The notes under the pieces were generated by a model, which was not told the DNA's origin, did not search any database, and saw only the letters and a list, made by a program, of their open reading frames with translations. Position numbers and translations under genes: made by a program. From the NCBI GenBank assembly GCA_963715865.1, contig OY970280.1, forward strand, positions 64,001 to 128,000: 64,000 nucleotides of DNA. Reading direction: 5' to 3'. This stretch comes from Candidatus Bathyarchaeota archaeon (lineage in GTDB: Archaea > Thermoproteota > Bathyarchaeia > Bathyarchaeales > Bathycorpusculaceae). Below, one piece after another: positions 38,311 to 48,555 of the stretch (its first letter is position 1; each line of letters opens with the position of its first letter).

Positions 38311-38709
38311 TTGAAGCAAGTACTGGATAGCAGGTTTCTCGTAGAATACTATTATTCTCAAGACAAGGAAACACAACAGAAAGCTAACCAGAAAATGAAG
38401 GAACTAATTCAAACAGGTAACGGGATAATCCCAACCATAGTTCTCTGCGAAACCATTCAGATAATCTGCTCAAGAGAAGGTAAAGATAAAGCAGAAATGA
38501 TCTATCTATCAATAGTGACAAGTGGAATGAAAATGGAGGACCTAAGTCCTTCCATCGCTAAGGAAGCTGGCATTCTAAAGAGTACATACAAGCATATTCC
38601 TGTAGGCGATTGCATCATTGCCGCAACAGCTATTAGAAATCAAGCTAAGATAATTTCAGACGATCCCCATTTCGATTCCATAAAAGAAACCAAACGCGCT
38701 TGGGTATAA
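38311..38709 (+). CDS. vapC: VapC/PIN toxin
   Basis: VLDSRF, E, GDCIIAATA, SDDPHF. Confidence 0.9.
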   Translation: MKQVLDSRFLVEYYYSQDKETQQKANQKMKELIQTGNGIIPTIVLCETIQIICSREGKDKAEMIYLSIVTSGMKMEDLSPSIAKEAGILKSTYKHIPVGDCIIAATAIRNQAKIISDDPHFDSIKETKRAWV

Positions 38710-38791
38710 GATTCAAAGCTGACCTAAATATCAGGCAAGCGTCAGTTTTAAAAGGCGTAAGTAGCCTAATCATATTATTTGTAGTTTTCAT

Positions 38792-39835
38792 TTGGAGAGT
38801 GGTTGTGTGGATAAAGATAAAACTGGAAAAGGCTTTCCAAGAGAAACAAGCACAGACATCGGTGAACGAAAAATAATCGAAATCGTCGCCAGCCACCTTG
38901 AAGTCATGCCTAATTTACCTGTACCTTTCGGAGATGATGTTGCCGCTGTTAACCTTGACCAAAAACAAGTCGCCGTATTAAAAACTGACATGCTTGTAGG
39001 CAAAACTGATGTCCCCCGAAACATGAGCCTGTGGCAAGCAGCAAGGAAAGCGGTGGTTATGAACATCAGCGATTTTGCTTCTAAAGGCGTCCAGCCCACA
39101 GCATCTCTTGTTTCTCTCGGGTTACCTAGAGATGTTATGCGAAAAGATATCGAAGAAATCGCGCGCGGGTTGAATGCGGGAGCACGTGAATACGGCGCTT
39201 ACGTTATTGGCGGCGACACAAGTGAAGCTTCAGACCTTATCATTTCGATTTCGCTTTTTGGAACAGCTAAAAGAGCAGCGCTAATGTTGCGTAATGGGGC
39301 TAAGCCTGGTGATGTTTTGGCGGTTACGGGTTTCTTTGGAAAATCAGCCTCTGGTTTATGCTTGCTTTTAGATAACTGTTCAGCGTCTCCGAATCTGCGT
39401 GAAGTACTATTGGGTGCAGTTTGTATGCCTAAAGCTAGGCTAAAGGAAGGATTAGCGCTTAGCCATTCAGGTGCGGTCTCGGCTTCTATCGACTCGAGTG
39501 ACGGCTTAGCCTGGAGTCTACATGAGATTGGAAAAATGAGTAACGTTGGTTTTGTAGTTAATAGTGTTCCTGTTGCCGATGAAGTTAGGCGCTTTGCTGA
39601 GTTTAACCATCTTGACCCTTTGGAGCTGGCGCTTTATGGCGGTGAAGAATACGAGCTTGTGGTAACTGTTAAGCCTAAAAGGTGGGTTGATGCTGAAGCC
39701 GCGGTTGAAGCGGTTGGCGGATGCCTTTTGCCTATTGGAAAAGTCACAAGGGATAGGCAGATGCTTTTAGATGTTGACGGCAAGAAACGTGTTATCGAAG
39801 CTCGGGGCTGGGAGCATTTTAAGAGTAAGATTTAG
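38792..39835 (+). CDS. thiL: Thiamine-monophosphate kinase
   Basis: GE..II, GDD.A, KTDMLV, NISD.A.KG, GGDT, DSSDGL, GGEEYELV. Confidence 0.95.
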   Translation: MESGCVDKDKTGKGFPRETSTDIGERKIIEIVASHLEVMPNLPVPFGDDVAAVNLDQKQVAVLKTDMLVGKTDVPRNMSLWQAARKAVVMNISDFASKGVQPTASLVSLGLPRDVMRKDIEEIARGLNAGAREYGAYVIGGDTSEASDLIISISLFGTAKRAALMLRNGAKPGDVLAVTGFFGKSASGLCLLLDNCSASPNLREVLLGAVCMPKARLKEGLALSHSGAVSASIDSSDGLAWSLHEIGKMSNVGFVVNSVPVADEVRRFAEFNHLDPLELALYGGEEYELVVTVKPKRWVDAEAAVEAVGGCLLPIGKVTRDRQMLLDVDGKKRVIEARGWEHFKSKI

Positions 39836-40397
39836 GTTGGCTGTCCAGCAGGTAATTGATTATTGTTATACATGACGCGGCTAAGTAAGGTTGTTTACCT
39901 AAACTGATTTTTTCGCCGTACCTGAGAGCGAATATTTCTGCTTTTTTGGGCAAGCCAACATGGTCACCGAGCACGAAAATGGCGTTGTCGGCAAGCTCTG
40001 TTTCAGCTATGTTTTTTCCGCCTTCCTCCAAAACGTACACATGGTGAGTTTGGGCTTCTGCTTTAAGCAGTGCTTCAAAGCTTGTCTTGGCTACGCTGAT
40101 GCCAGGGTGGGATTTGCCAGCGATTACTTTTCTCAGAATCTGCTGCCACGTATCCACATCTGTTCGCACGTCGTAGAGTTTGTTGCCGTCGATTTGGATG
40201 TGTAAGGGTGGGTTTGGTGGACCGTTCAATATGGCGTGAAAAGTTACGTCTCTGCGTAATCCATGAGATAGGAAAAGACTGGTAACTATGCATTCGTAGA
40301 CGATGTCTAAGCGTCCTGCGTTGTGTAGGTTGTTGAAGGCTGAGTCGGTTTTTCCCAAACGTGAGAAGAGGATGAATTCATGCGGCAAATGTTTCAC
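39819..40397 (-). CDS. trmY: tRNA (pseudouridine54-N1)-methyltransferase (SPOUT)
   Basis: GRLDIV..C...LFLSHGLRRD, L.EGG, FVLGDH.G, ISLG...YLA..CI. Confidence 0.9.
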   Translation of the reverse strand: MKHLPHEFILFSRLGKTDSAFNNLHNAGRLDIVYECIVTSLFLSHGLRRDVTFHAILNGPPNPPLHIQIDGNKLYDVRTDVDTWQQILRKVIAGKSHPGISVAKTSFEALLKAEAQTHHVYVLEEGGKNIAETELADNAIFVLGDHVGLPKKAEIFALRYGEKISLGKQPYLAASCITIINYLLDSQPKSYS

Positions 40398-40468
40398 TGA
40401 ATTAGGTGTATTGGTTTTGTTGCTTTAAAGTGCTTTTCGGACTAATTAAGTTCGACCGACAAAAGATT

Positions 40469-40822
40469 TTACCATAAAACTTTGATAAGGACATAAATGT
40501 TGTTTGCGACGACTATAACAAGGAATAGTATTATGCCAATGTAGGCCATTTTCAGTGTTTTGTGTGCAGTTTTGAACGATTTATAGTCTTTGTCTGCTGA
40601 CTCCAAGATTGTTTTGTCGACTAAAACAAAAATTAAGCCCACACAAACGGTTACTGTTAACTTTATGATTACAAAGGCAGGAATGCTTGTGCTGACTAAA
40701 CCTGCTATTAAAGGGTTGAGCTCTACTGTTCCGAAGTAGAGGGTTCCTATAACCGTGGTTAAGCAATCCATTGAACTCATAAAGATTAGAAATAGACATG
40801 GAATGGTTTGTGTCTTGGGCAA
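40469..40822 (-). CDS. DUF5658-like membrane protein
   Basis: D..TT.IG......ELNP, K, three TM helices. Confidence 0.7.
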   Translation of the reverse strand: MPKTQTIPCLFLIFMSSMDCLTTVIGTLYFGTVELNPLIAGLVSTSIPAFVIIKLTVTVCVGLIFVLVDKTILESADKDYKSFKTAHKTLKMAYIGIILFLVIVVANNIYVLIKVLW

Positions 40823-41253
40823 AAGTTGGTTTTTCTCCTTTCTTTTTGAGAAACGTTTTTTTTTAACTCTGGCTCAACTTTATGGAGGATGAGTTTAGTG
40901 GAGAATTCGCGGCTTTGTTAAGAAACGTATTATTTTGTGAGTTTTGCACCAGAGTGATGCGCAGAAGAATCATTCTGTAGACATTTGTAGCTTTGTTAGC
41001 ATTTATTTACATGTTAAATTGTGTTTTTATATGTTCACTTGTCTGAGTGAGGGACTAGTAGAGAACGGATAACTCGAAAACCTGATAATCAAGCTTGAAC
41101 GAAATAAATTTGCGGTGGCGAGGCGGAAAGCTTTTGTCGAGACAATTGAGGAGTAGGCTAGATTTGTTCGATCGCGTGAAAGTTTTGTTCAAACAATCCA
41201 GCCCGCCAAAAGGCGATGAATGTGAAATGTGATTTCTGAAAATATTTTGGTTT

Positions 41254-41661
41254 TTACAGTAGAATTCTTTTTATTATCCAAGCGTGAGTGGCGCTTTTTT
41301 CCATGAATACGCTTATTTTGTTTTCGCCTATGCTCATGCAGAGCACTTTGACGTTTTTGCCTTCGACGAGTATGCTTTCTGTTTCGCCTAGGTTGAATTG
41401 TTTAGCGATTTCCTGGCTGGAATCATGCATTTGAGTTGATAAGACGGCGTATTCGATTATTTTGTCCTGTTCGTTTAGGTCTATTATGGCTGATGTGTTG
41501 CTTCTTAGAATGTAGCCTATGACGCCTTTGAGTTTGCGTATTTCGGTGAGGCTTGCGCTTAGGCTTGCAAAGCCAGAGTTTTCCTCATCAACCGATGTCA
41601 CGGCAACCTCGTTGGTTAACGCTGTTTCGGCTTCGTTGGTGCTTGTTTTTGGCTTTAACAC
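41254..41661 (-). CDS. Roadblock/LC7-domain protein
   Basis: I..LKGVIGYIL followed by alpha-beta-beta-alpha-beta-beta-beta pattern. Confidence 0.75.
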   Translation of the reverse strand: MLKPKTSTNEAETALTNEVAVTSVDEENSGFASLSASLTEIRKLKGVIGYILRSNTSAIIDLNEQDKIIEYAVLSTQMHDSSQEIAKQFNLGETESILVEGKNVKVLCMSIGENKISVFMEKSATHAWIIKRILL

Positions 41662-41677
41662 TTTTGGTTCTCCTTGG

Positions 41678-42481
41678 CTATTCGATTACTGGTTTAACTA
41701 TTACGAGTTTGCCTTTGCTGGTTTGTAGAGTTTGAAGGATTTTTTCTGGAATTTGTATTATACCTTTTGCGTTGCAGTTTTTTTCTTTTATGGGTTTGAA
41801 TTTGCAGTTGGTTTTTTTGCCCTCTAAAGTTTCGATGTGTACCTGTGTGATTTGCTTGTCACCGTAGAGGTCGTTCCATTTTGCGATTACTTCGCTGTCT
41901 ACTCGCACGGTATCGGCGGGAACTAGTAAGCCTCCGATTTTTTCTATCATGAACTGGTTTACGGGTGGTTCTGGAAGAAGCAGTTCAGAACTAAACGATG
42001 CCGAGGTGTCGGGGGTTTGTTCATTATGGCTGGGTTCTTCGAGTGGCAAAACTATTTCTTCAATTGGTTTATCTTCATGCTTGGTGGTTTGGGGTAACTC
42101 GTTGTCTGAGAGTTCAGGGGCAATTTGGTCTACAAGCTTCACAACGGTGGGAACAAGGACGCGGGTTAATGTTTTGACGATTTTTTGGTCTGCTGCGCGT
42201 GAAGAAACGGTTGCTAAGTAACGGTTGTTCATGGATGTAATGTTTAGTTGGCTGTTTGCGCCTTGGATGGTTAGGGTTTCTATGCCGCCTATGGTTTCGG
42301 CTTGATCGGCTACGTTGTTGAAGGCGGTGATTAGTTTTTTGATTTGATCTTCGGTTGTGGTTTCGTTGCTGGCTACGATTTCGTCATTCTTTTTGAAAAT
42401 GAAGGTGTTTGTTATTTCTGGGCTTATATTTTTGAATTCATCTATAATGGTTTGCAGTGCGGTAGAATAAGCTTCGGTCAC
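41678..42481 (-). CDS. Roadblock/LC7-like domain + linker + possible double-psi-beta-barrel domain
   Basis: N-terminal roadblock-like pattern; acidic/Pro linker; C-terminal DTVRVD...IQIPEKI...L....G..V.VKP. Confidence 0.6.
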   Translation of the reverse strand: MTEAYSTALQTIIDEFKNISPEITNTFIFKKNDEIVASNETTTEDQIKKLITAFNNVADQAETIGGIETLTIQGANSQLNITSMNNRYLATVSSRAADQKIVKTLTRVLVPTVVKLVDQIAPELSDNELPQTTKHEDKPIEEIVLPLEEPSHNEQTPDTSASFSSELLLPEPPVNQFMIEKIGGLLVPADTVRVDSEVIAKWNDLYGDKQITQVHIETLEGKKTNCKFKPIKEKNCNAKGIIQIPEKILQTLQTSKGKLVIVKPVIE

Positions 42482-42506
42482 TGTTTGCTCCTGCCAGCTT
42501 GGCGGC

Positions 42507-42932
42507 TTAGGATATTTTGAAGAGGATGCGCTCTGGGATTCCCTCGTCTTCCAGCACTAGGTACTTGAGGCCTTCAGTGTCGCCGAGTTGGTCTAGCCAT
42601 TTTAGTGCTTCACGTACCTTTTGTAGGACTAGGAGTCGTTCTTGGTGGCTGCGCACTACGGATTCTATGGCTGTTAACTCGTGGAATGGGTTAGCGTCTA
42701 AGATGATGTTTAGTGTGCCTATTGTTATTTCGCCTGGGTTTTCAGTGGTTGGTTTTTTGCCTGCGAGTTTCATGACGACGTCGCGGATTTTTTTTGATTT
42801 TTCCGCTAAGGTGCGGATTTCGTCTAAGCGGCGCAGGTATTCGCCTAGTATGCTTTTGGTTTCGGATAATTCTTTGTCTAAGGATTCTGCTATTGCTTGT
42901 GCTGATGTGTATTCTTTTATTTTGGTTACCAT
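42507..42932 (-). CDS. Hypothetical coiled-coil protein
   Basis: Two long heptad helices; co-oriented with the roadblock genes. Confidence 0.7.
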   Translation of the reverse strand: MVTKIKEYTSAQAIAESLDKELSETKSILGEYLRRLDEIRTLAEKSKKIRDVVMKLAGKKPTTENPGEITIGTLNIILDANPFHELTAIESVVRSHQERLLVLQKVREALKWLDQLGDTEGLKYLVLEDEGIPERILFKIS

Positions 42933-43031
42933 GTTTTTGTGCCTCCAAAGAGGAAATAAGAGAAAGGGAAAGTTGGGTGATTTGCTTTTTCACCTTACCC
43001 CCGAATTTCTAATGTTCTAAAGGTTGGAATT

Positions 43032-43505
43032 TTATGGGTTGTACGTTGTTGCTGCTGAAACGACTGATGTACCTTTTGCTGTTATCAGTTTAACTGTGTA
43101 TGCACTGCCTGGACTTAAATGGCCAGTTAAAGTTATAGTAACGAATGCTGAAGAGGCTTTTGGAATTGTGTTAGCAGCAGGTGTTGGACTAGTAGATGTA
43201 GGCCACGTAGTAGTTTGGTCAATGGCAGCTCCGTTGATGTATGCTTGGCTTATGGTTATTAGGGTGCTACCTGAATTTGTTACAGTAACAACCAATTGAT
43301 CATCGGTAGTGCCAGATACAAATGCAACGTTTGTAACTGATACTTGCTCTGCTGATCCCATGAGTCCGATGGTCATTCCTCCCATCCATGCGGCAACGAC
43401 AACACTGACTGCGACGGTTACGGCGATGAGTATGATTGATGCGACTACGGGGCTTAGGGCTTTTGCGTTTTTCCTAAATTTTCTATAGTTCATTTTGTTT
43501 TTCAA
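43032..43505 (-). CDS. Archaeal type IV pilin (class III signal peptide)
   Basis: Basic leader KNAKA, then LSPVVASIILIAVTVAVSVVVAAW; SD GGAGG. Confidence 0.9.
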   Translation of the reverse strand: MKNKMNYRKFRKNAKALSPVVASIILIAVTVAVSVVVAAWMGGMTIGLMGSAEQVSVTNVAFVSGTTDDQLVVTVTNSGSTLITISQAYINGAAIDQTTTWPTSTSPTPAANTIPKASSAFVTITLTGHLSPGSAYTVKLITAKGTSVVSAATTYNP

Positions 43506-43792
43506 CCCTCCTTTGGATTTACTGAATACCCTTCACTTGTTTAGTCTTTTAAATATTATGACTCAATATACAATATTTTGTATATGTTCAACACAAATAC
43601 ACAATAAAACAATAGCTTTCTGGCTTTAACCCAAAGTTTACGACAAAATTTCGGGAAATCCATTTTTCAAACCTTAATTTTTCTGATTAAACTCAAATAA
43701 AGTGTTCCTCTATTTGGGGTGATGAGTGCTTGTGAAATTGTTGGAACATTTTCTTTTAGCCATTTCTCTTTGTTGTTTCTATGGCTTATGCT

Positions 43793-44218
43793 CTATTTTT
43801 GCGCCTTTTCAGCCTTCAATAACTTTAATATTTCATCAACAGTTAAGATTCTTATCCCTTTGAATACCACCAGAGAAAGCAGGTGTTTATCTCCTGATAC
43901 TATGCAGTCAACTTTGCCGTCAAAGGCCGTTCTTAATACAATATCGTCATCAGGATCTTTCTTCACGGCTTTGAAGCGCGACTTAACTCTAATTATCTTA
44001 GCAACTCTATCGATAATTCTCAAAAAAGCAATTACATCATCTTTATCAGCGTATCTTCTAATTCTCGGATCATCTGCAACTTCGCTGAACTCTTTCAAAA
44101 TATCTTTTGACAACACCAACTGGATTTGCCCCTCAACTACCTTATAGAAGAGTTCTTTAGGCTTTCCAGCCGTGATTAATGCCGAGACTAAAACGTTCGT
44201 ATCAAAAACTACTTTCAT
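43793..44218 (-). CDS. PIN-family toxin
   Basis: VVFDTNVLVSA, L.EF..V, DPDDD.VL..A, IVSGDKHLL. Confidence 0.9.
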   Translation of the reverse strand: MKVVFDTNVLVSALITAGKPKELFYKVVEGQIQLVLSKDILKEFSEVADDPRIRRYADKDDVIAFLRIIDRVAKIIRVKSRFKAVKKDPDDDIVLRTAFDGKVDCIVSGDKHLLSLVVFKGIRILTVDEILKLLKAEKAQK

Positions 44219-44530
44219 TTAGTAGCCTTCGCAAGGAAGACTTTTCTTTTTTCTGTGGTCTTGGATTACTTCGTTAATCTCCTCATTAATTAATTCGCCG
44301 TACTTTGCTATTTTCTTATTTACCCGTTTGTATATGGCTTCTAATTCTTTAGTTACGTTCGGCACCTCAAGCTTCTTCATGATAACGGCATCTTGGTAGC
44401 CATAAACGAGCAGCTTGGATTTTGGCCCTATACCTAGCTTCTTACGTATAGCCTGAGGTATTACCACTTGACCTTTTTCGCTGACTACTGTAACGTCTGC
44501 TTTTTCATTTTGTGACATGAACTCACCCAT
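44219..44530 (-). CDS. AbrB/MazE-type antitoxin
   Basis: VSEKGQVVIPQAIRKKLGI. Confidence 0.9.
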   Translation of the reverse strand: MGEFMSQNEKADVTVVSEKGQVVIPQAIRKKLGIGPKSKLLVYGYQDAVIMKKLEVPNVTKELEAIYKRVNKKIAKYGELINEEINEVIQDHRKKKSLPCEGY

Positions 44531-44724
44531 TACATATTCTTACTTTCTTACCTAAAAAGGTACCCATAACCGCCTCTGAATTGCAGAAAAAATCTCCGAA
44601 TAATAACTTAAAAATCCTTTTTGCTGTTGCTTCTTTAATAAATCAACATTTGTATAACACAAATACAATTCTACAAAAAGATAAAAGAAACTAGAAACAA
44701 AAAACACTGGGTATAATAGAGTTT

Positions 44725-45090
44725 TTAAGCGCCAATCTCGTCAAAAAGCCCGAGAATAAGCTTCGCTAGTTTCTCGCCAAACTCAGTCTTGATATAGTAC
44801 TTCTTCAGCGGATCGATACGTTCACTCTTAGCTAAACCTAACGATTCAATCTCAATCATCCTAGCCCTGAAAGTCCCATCGCTTAGTGTAAGCTTATTCT
44901 TGCGCATGAAATCTTTAGCTTCCTTCCATTTGCCGCGGCCAACATGAAGCAGCAACAAGCAGTCAATAGCATGATCCTTCTCCAGCATCGTTTTAATAGC
45001 AGACCACTTTGGCTCAGTAAGCACACGCTTAATCTTCTCTTCTTCAACATTCTTAACCATTTTCAAACACCTCTCCATATTCACATTCAA
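44725..45090 (-). CDS. Winged-helix transcription regulator-like protein
   Basis: LSDGTFRARM.E.ESLGL....YY..TE.GEKL. Confidence 0.7.
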   Translation of the reverse strand: MNVNMERCLKMVKNVEEEKIKRVLTEPKWSAIKTMLEKDHAIDCLLLLHVGRGKWKEAKDFMRKNKLTLSDGTFRARMIEIESLGLAKSERIDPLKKYYIKTEFGEKLAKLILGLFDEIGA

Positions 45091-45396
45091 AAATTCTCCT
45101 TAAGCTTTTAAACTATATTACGAATTACGAAACATATCTGCAGACGCCTTCCTCCCGAATTCATCTATGGCAGAACACCTTTATAAATTATACCAAGCGG
45201 GCAAAAACAGATGAAGCCGCAACAAAAAATAACTTAAAAATCGAATTACAATTATTAGAGCGGTAAATCGTTTAACACTGATCAGGGGAAAGGACATAAT
45301 TAAGCATGTTTTTTCTGCAAATAAAAAGACTTAACAAACCCAAAATTAACTTATAAAAGCCTAACAAATCATCAATCAATCTGAAGAGGCAAAAAA

Positions 45397-45978
45397 GTGT
45401 CTGTCAACACACAATATGAAGTCCCAACATGGAACCAAATATACGATATGCTACTTGACCAAGCCCAAAAAATCCAAGGCGACGGCTACAAACCAGACAT
45501 TATCATCGGCATCGCACGAGGCGGAATTGTATCAGCACGTATCCTGTCAGACCTCCTAGAGGTTCCAGACCTCGCCACCATCCAAATAGAGTATTATGCA
45601 GACATCGCCCAAACAAAACAAGAACCAGTTCTAAAACAATGCATACAGACCCAGCTAACAGACAAAAAAGCCCTCTTGGTAGATGATGTCTCTGACAGTG
45701 GCAAAAGCCTACAACTCGCAAAAAACCATCTGCAACAAGGCGCAAAAGAAATCAAAACAGCCACCCTATACGCTAAACCCCAAACCATAACAAAACCCGA
45801 CTACTACGAAAAACAAACAAGCCACTGGATAGTTTTTCCATGGGACGCCAAAGAAACAGTGAGAAAAATAATCCGAAAGCATGAAGGCAAACGTGCCACC
45901 AGCAAAGAAATCGCAAAACTTGTAAAAGCAGGCTTGCCAAAGCAATTAGCCGAAAAATTCCTAAAAGATATGCAGTAG
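45397..45978 (+). CDS. Purine phosphoribosyltransferase (type I PRTase)
   Basis: GIARGG, LLVDDVSDSGKSL, WIVFPW. Confidence 0.9.
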   Translation: MSVNTQYEVPTWNQIYDMLLDQAQKIQGDGYKPDIIIGIARGGIVSARILSDLLEVPDLATIQIEYYADIAQTKQEPVLKQCIQTQLTDKKALLVDDVSDSGKSLQLAKNHLQQGAKEIKTATLYAKPQTITKPDYYEKQTSHWIVFPWDAKETVRKIIRKHEGKRATSKEIAKLVKAGLPKQLAEKFLKDMQ

Positions 45979-45988
45979 GAGCCAAAAA

Positions 45989-46555
45989 ATGCTACATTAC
46001 TTAAAAGAATATGCTAAGTACGCGGAAATAACAGGCTACAGAAACATAAAGTTCGCTCAGGCAGAAGAGTTCCTGAAAGCAAACCGAAAAGAAATCCAAC
46101 AAAACACCCACACACAATTCTTCGACGCCGAATTAATCGCTACACAAGAGCACCTGTACTTCGCAGTCCTAAACGCATTACAAGCCTTCCAAAACAAAAC
46201 AAACATTTCAAAAAGCCCAGCCATGGAAACAATGCTTTACGCTTCTGCACAACGGCAAATACAAAAAGCCATCCAACGCTGCGGCATCAAACCAGAAACC
46301 ACAAGCATGGCAGTCATAATAATCGGCGAAAACCCAACCCAAATCGAAACCGTTCTTCAGGCAATCACCGCGTCCGTTGGCGTGGAACCTGACGAGAAAG
46401 TTTTGGAAATGTCAAAGGTTAAGGAAAAGAAAATTATCGAAACTTTTCAGATTACAGATGAAGAGTTAAAGACAGTTATGAAGAATGAAAACCGCCAAGA
46501 GGCACTGGTTAACCTAATTATCGAGCGAGTAGCCCTACTGGCAACCCAACTCTGA
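45989..46555 (+). CDS. cgi121: KEOPS subunit Cgi121
   Basis: E.MLYASAQRQI.KAI...G, IERVAL. Confidence 0.85.
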   Translation: MLHYLKEYAKYAEITGYRNIKFAQAEEFLKANRKEIQQNTHTQFFDAELIATQEHLYFAVLNALQAFQNKTNISKSPAMETMLYASAQRQIQKAIQRCGIKPETTSMAVIIIGENPTQIETVLQAITASVGVEPDEKVLEMSKVKEKKIIETFQITDEELKTVMKNENRQEALVNLIIERVALLATQL

Positions 46556-46557
46556 CC

Positions 46558-47139
46558 CTAAAGCATTTTCTCTTTAAGAACCGCCAAAATATCGCTGGGC
46601 CTCAGCAATGACATGCCCGTTAAACTGCCAAGAACCTCAATGAGCAATATGCGGTCTGGGTTCTCAAGGTCAGCTTTCCGTTTGATGTCTGATGCTGCTG
46701 CCTCGATGATGTCTTTTGAGTGAAGTGTAGTGAAGCGCTTTTCTACCGTAACCCTGAAAGTTTCCTCCTCGCCGATTCTGGCGGCTAGCTCTTGGGTTAC
46801 GCGCTTAATTTCCTCCAAATCAGTGGGCACAACCCGTTCAATGGGCAAAATGCGCAGGGCAAAGCGGAACTCGTAGGGGCGTTCTTTGAGGATGGCGCGG
46901 AACTTTTCTATCACTGCGCAAGGGTCCAGTGTGGTTTTGGCAACGATTAAGCCTCTGATTTTGGTCTTGCTGGCTTCTGCTTGGGCATCGCCTAACTCTT
47001 CTTTGAGCAGGTAGAGCAGTTCGTTGCACATTGGGCGCTCGTTTCCACGCGAAGTAGTTGCTAAAAGGTTGAAGTCATTAATCATGGCGGTTCTCTCAGA
47101 AGTGAAAGATGCAGACAGGTTATTTTTGCTTTCGCCCAA
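46558..47139 (-). CDS. THUMP-domain RNA-binding protein
   Basis: FRVTVEKR, ADLENPD...LIEVLG. Confidence 0.85.
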   Translation of the reverse strand: MGESKNNLSASFTSERTAMINDFNLLATTSRGNERPMCNELLYLLKEELGDAQAEASKTKIRGLIVAKTTLDPCAVIEKFRAILKERPYEFRFALRILPIERVVPTDLEEIKRVTQELAARIGEEETFRVTVEKRFTTLHSKDIIEAAASDIKRKADLENPDRILLIEVLGSLTGMSLLRPSDILAVLKEKML

Positions 47140-47156
47140 TAATTAAATGGCGTAGG

Positions 47157-47645
47157 TTAACCGCTTGGTTTGATTTCAAAGGTATAGTTTGTTGGGGCAC
47201 CGTAATCGACTGGTCCGTTAAAGGTAACGGTGAGTGTGTAGTTGCCTGGTTGAACGAGTGTTTGATTGCTTCCTGTACCTGTCTTCTGGTCCCAAACATG
47301 CGTTTCAAAGAGTATTCTTGAATGTGCGGGAAAAGACGGATAAGGGTTAGTATAATCAATACTAGCTCCTCGAACATCACTCTCTATCTGATACATTACG
47401 CTTGATGGGTAAAGTACTCGCCACTCATGCGGATTATTGACATAGATTGAGAATTGTACTTCTTCGCCTTGCAAGAAAGAAGGCTTGTCCGTTACCACTT
47501 CGATTTCAACTGGTCCCGGACCAGTCGGAGCGACATAAGTAAGCGTGTAAACCACATAGCTTAAGGCTGCTACAATCAACACTGCGATAATGGCGATTGC
47601 GTAGATGCGCTTAAATTTTCTCTTATTCTGATTTTGCAAATTCAA
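47157..47645 (-). CDS. Membrane-anchored Ig-like hypothetical protein
   Basis: Basic N-terminus, one TM helix, TDK..F..GE.V...W.Q...PGNY beta-sandwich pattern. Confidence 0.6.
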   Translation of the reverse strand: MNLQNQNKRKFKRIYAIAIIAVLIVAALSYVVYTLTYVAPTGPGPVEIEVVTDKPSFLQGEEVQFSIYVNNPHEWRVLYPSSVMYQIESDVRGASIDYTNPYPSFPAHSRILFETHVWDQKTGTGSNQTLVQPGNYTLTVTFNGPVDYGAPTNYTFEIKPSG

Positions 47646-48022
47646 TACCTGACAGACGCATGATTTTTTCGAATTTTATTTTTCTTTTTTTAGATATAAA
47701 AATTCGATGGTGTACTATTTTATGGACACTAATTTGCAAGAATTATAGGGGATAGGGGTTTAGGAGAAAGATAGCAACCTACCTTATGGGTTTTGTAAAA
47801 TGTTGGGTCAGCGATGATTGACGATTTCTCACAGCTTAAGCTCGAAGCCGTCGCCTCACATCATCCCGACACTTAAATGGGTCTTGAAGGATTTATTTAT
47901 TTTGATAAAATCGATAACTCTAGTAGATCTGCAAAGCAGTATGAGTTCACATGGGTAACTGTTTGTAATGTCGAGGATGTTTTATTAGTTGGAAGCGACC
48001 ATTTATTGTTCTTGAAGGTTAG

Positions 48023-48274
48023 GTGAAAATGAAAACTGAAGATGAGCTTTTAGCCAGGATCATTGTAAATCCCAAAATTATGGTTGGGAAACCTGTTCTT
48101 AAGGGTACACGAATCACTGTAGAGCATGTATTGAGATTACTAGCTCAGGGGCTGTCTTCAGAGGAAATCCTCAAAGATTATCCTCATCTTACAAAAGACG
48201 ATATTGCTGCAGTTTTGCTTTATGCTGCAAAAGTTGCCGGTGAAGAAGAAGTGTACCCGATAACAATTAAGTGA
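48023..48274 (+). CDS. DUF433 antitoxin
   Basis: P.I..GKP..KGTRITV, YP.LT..DI.A.L.YA. Confidence 0.9.
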   Translation: MKMKTEDELLARIIVNPKIMVGKPVLKGTRITVEHVLRLLAQGLSSEEILKDYPHLTKDDIAAVLLYAAKVAGEEEVYPITIK

Positions 48275-48281
48275 GTTATGA

Positions 48282-48320
48282 ATGAAATTTCTAGTCGATG
48301 AAAGCACCGGCATTGCGGTT
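48282..48320 (+). pseudogene. Truncated DUF5615-type PIN toxin
   Basis: MKFLVDESTGIAV, then AT-rich non-homologous sequence and an early stop. Confidence 0.7.
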
Positions 48321-48555
48321 TTGCTAAATCTTGCAAATAATAAAATACTAATTAGTTAATTTGTTAAAATAATAAAGTAGCTTTAAGTCATTAATATTAG
48401 GTTAAGGGCAAATTTTAGTAGAAAAATCAGTGCATTAAACATGTTTTTTCCCGAAAAATTCGGTTAGAATTAACGACACTTGACGAATCTAAACGTTTAA
48501 ACCGTCGCAAGGATAGGGTAAGTGATGCGTCTTATTTCGGAGGTGAAAAAGAGAC

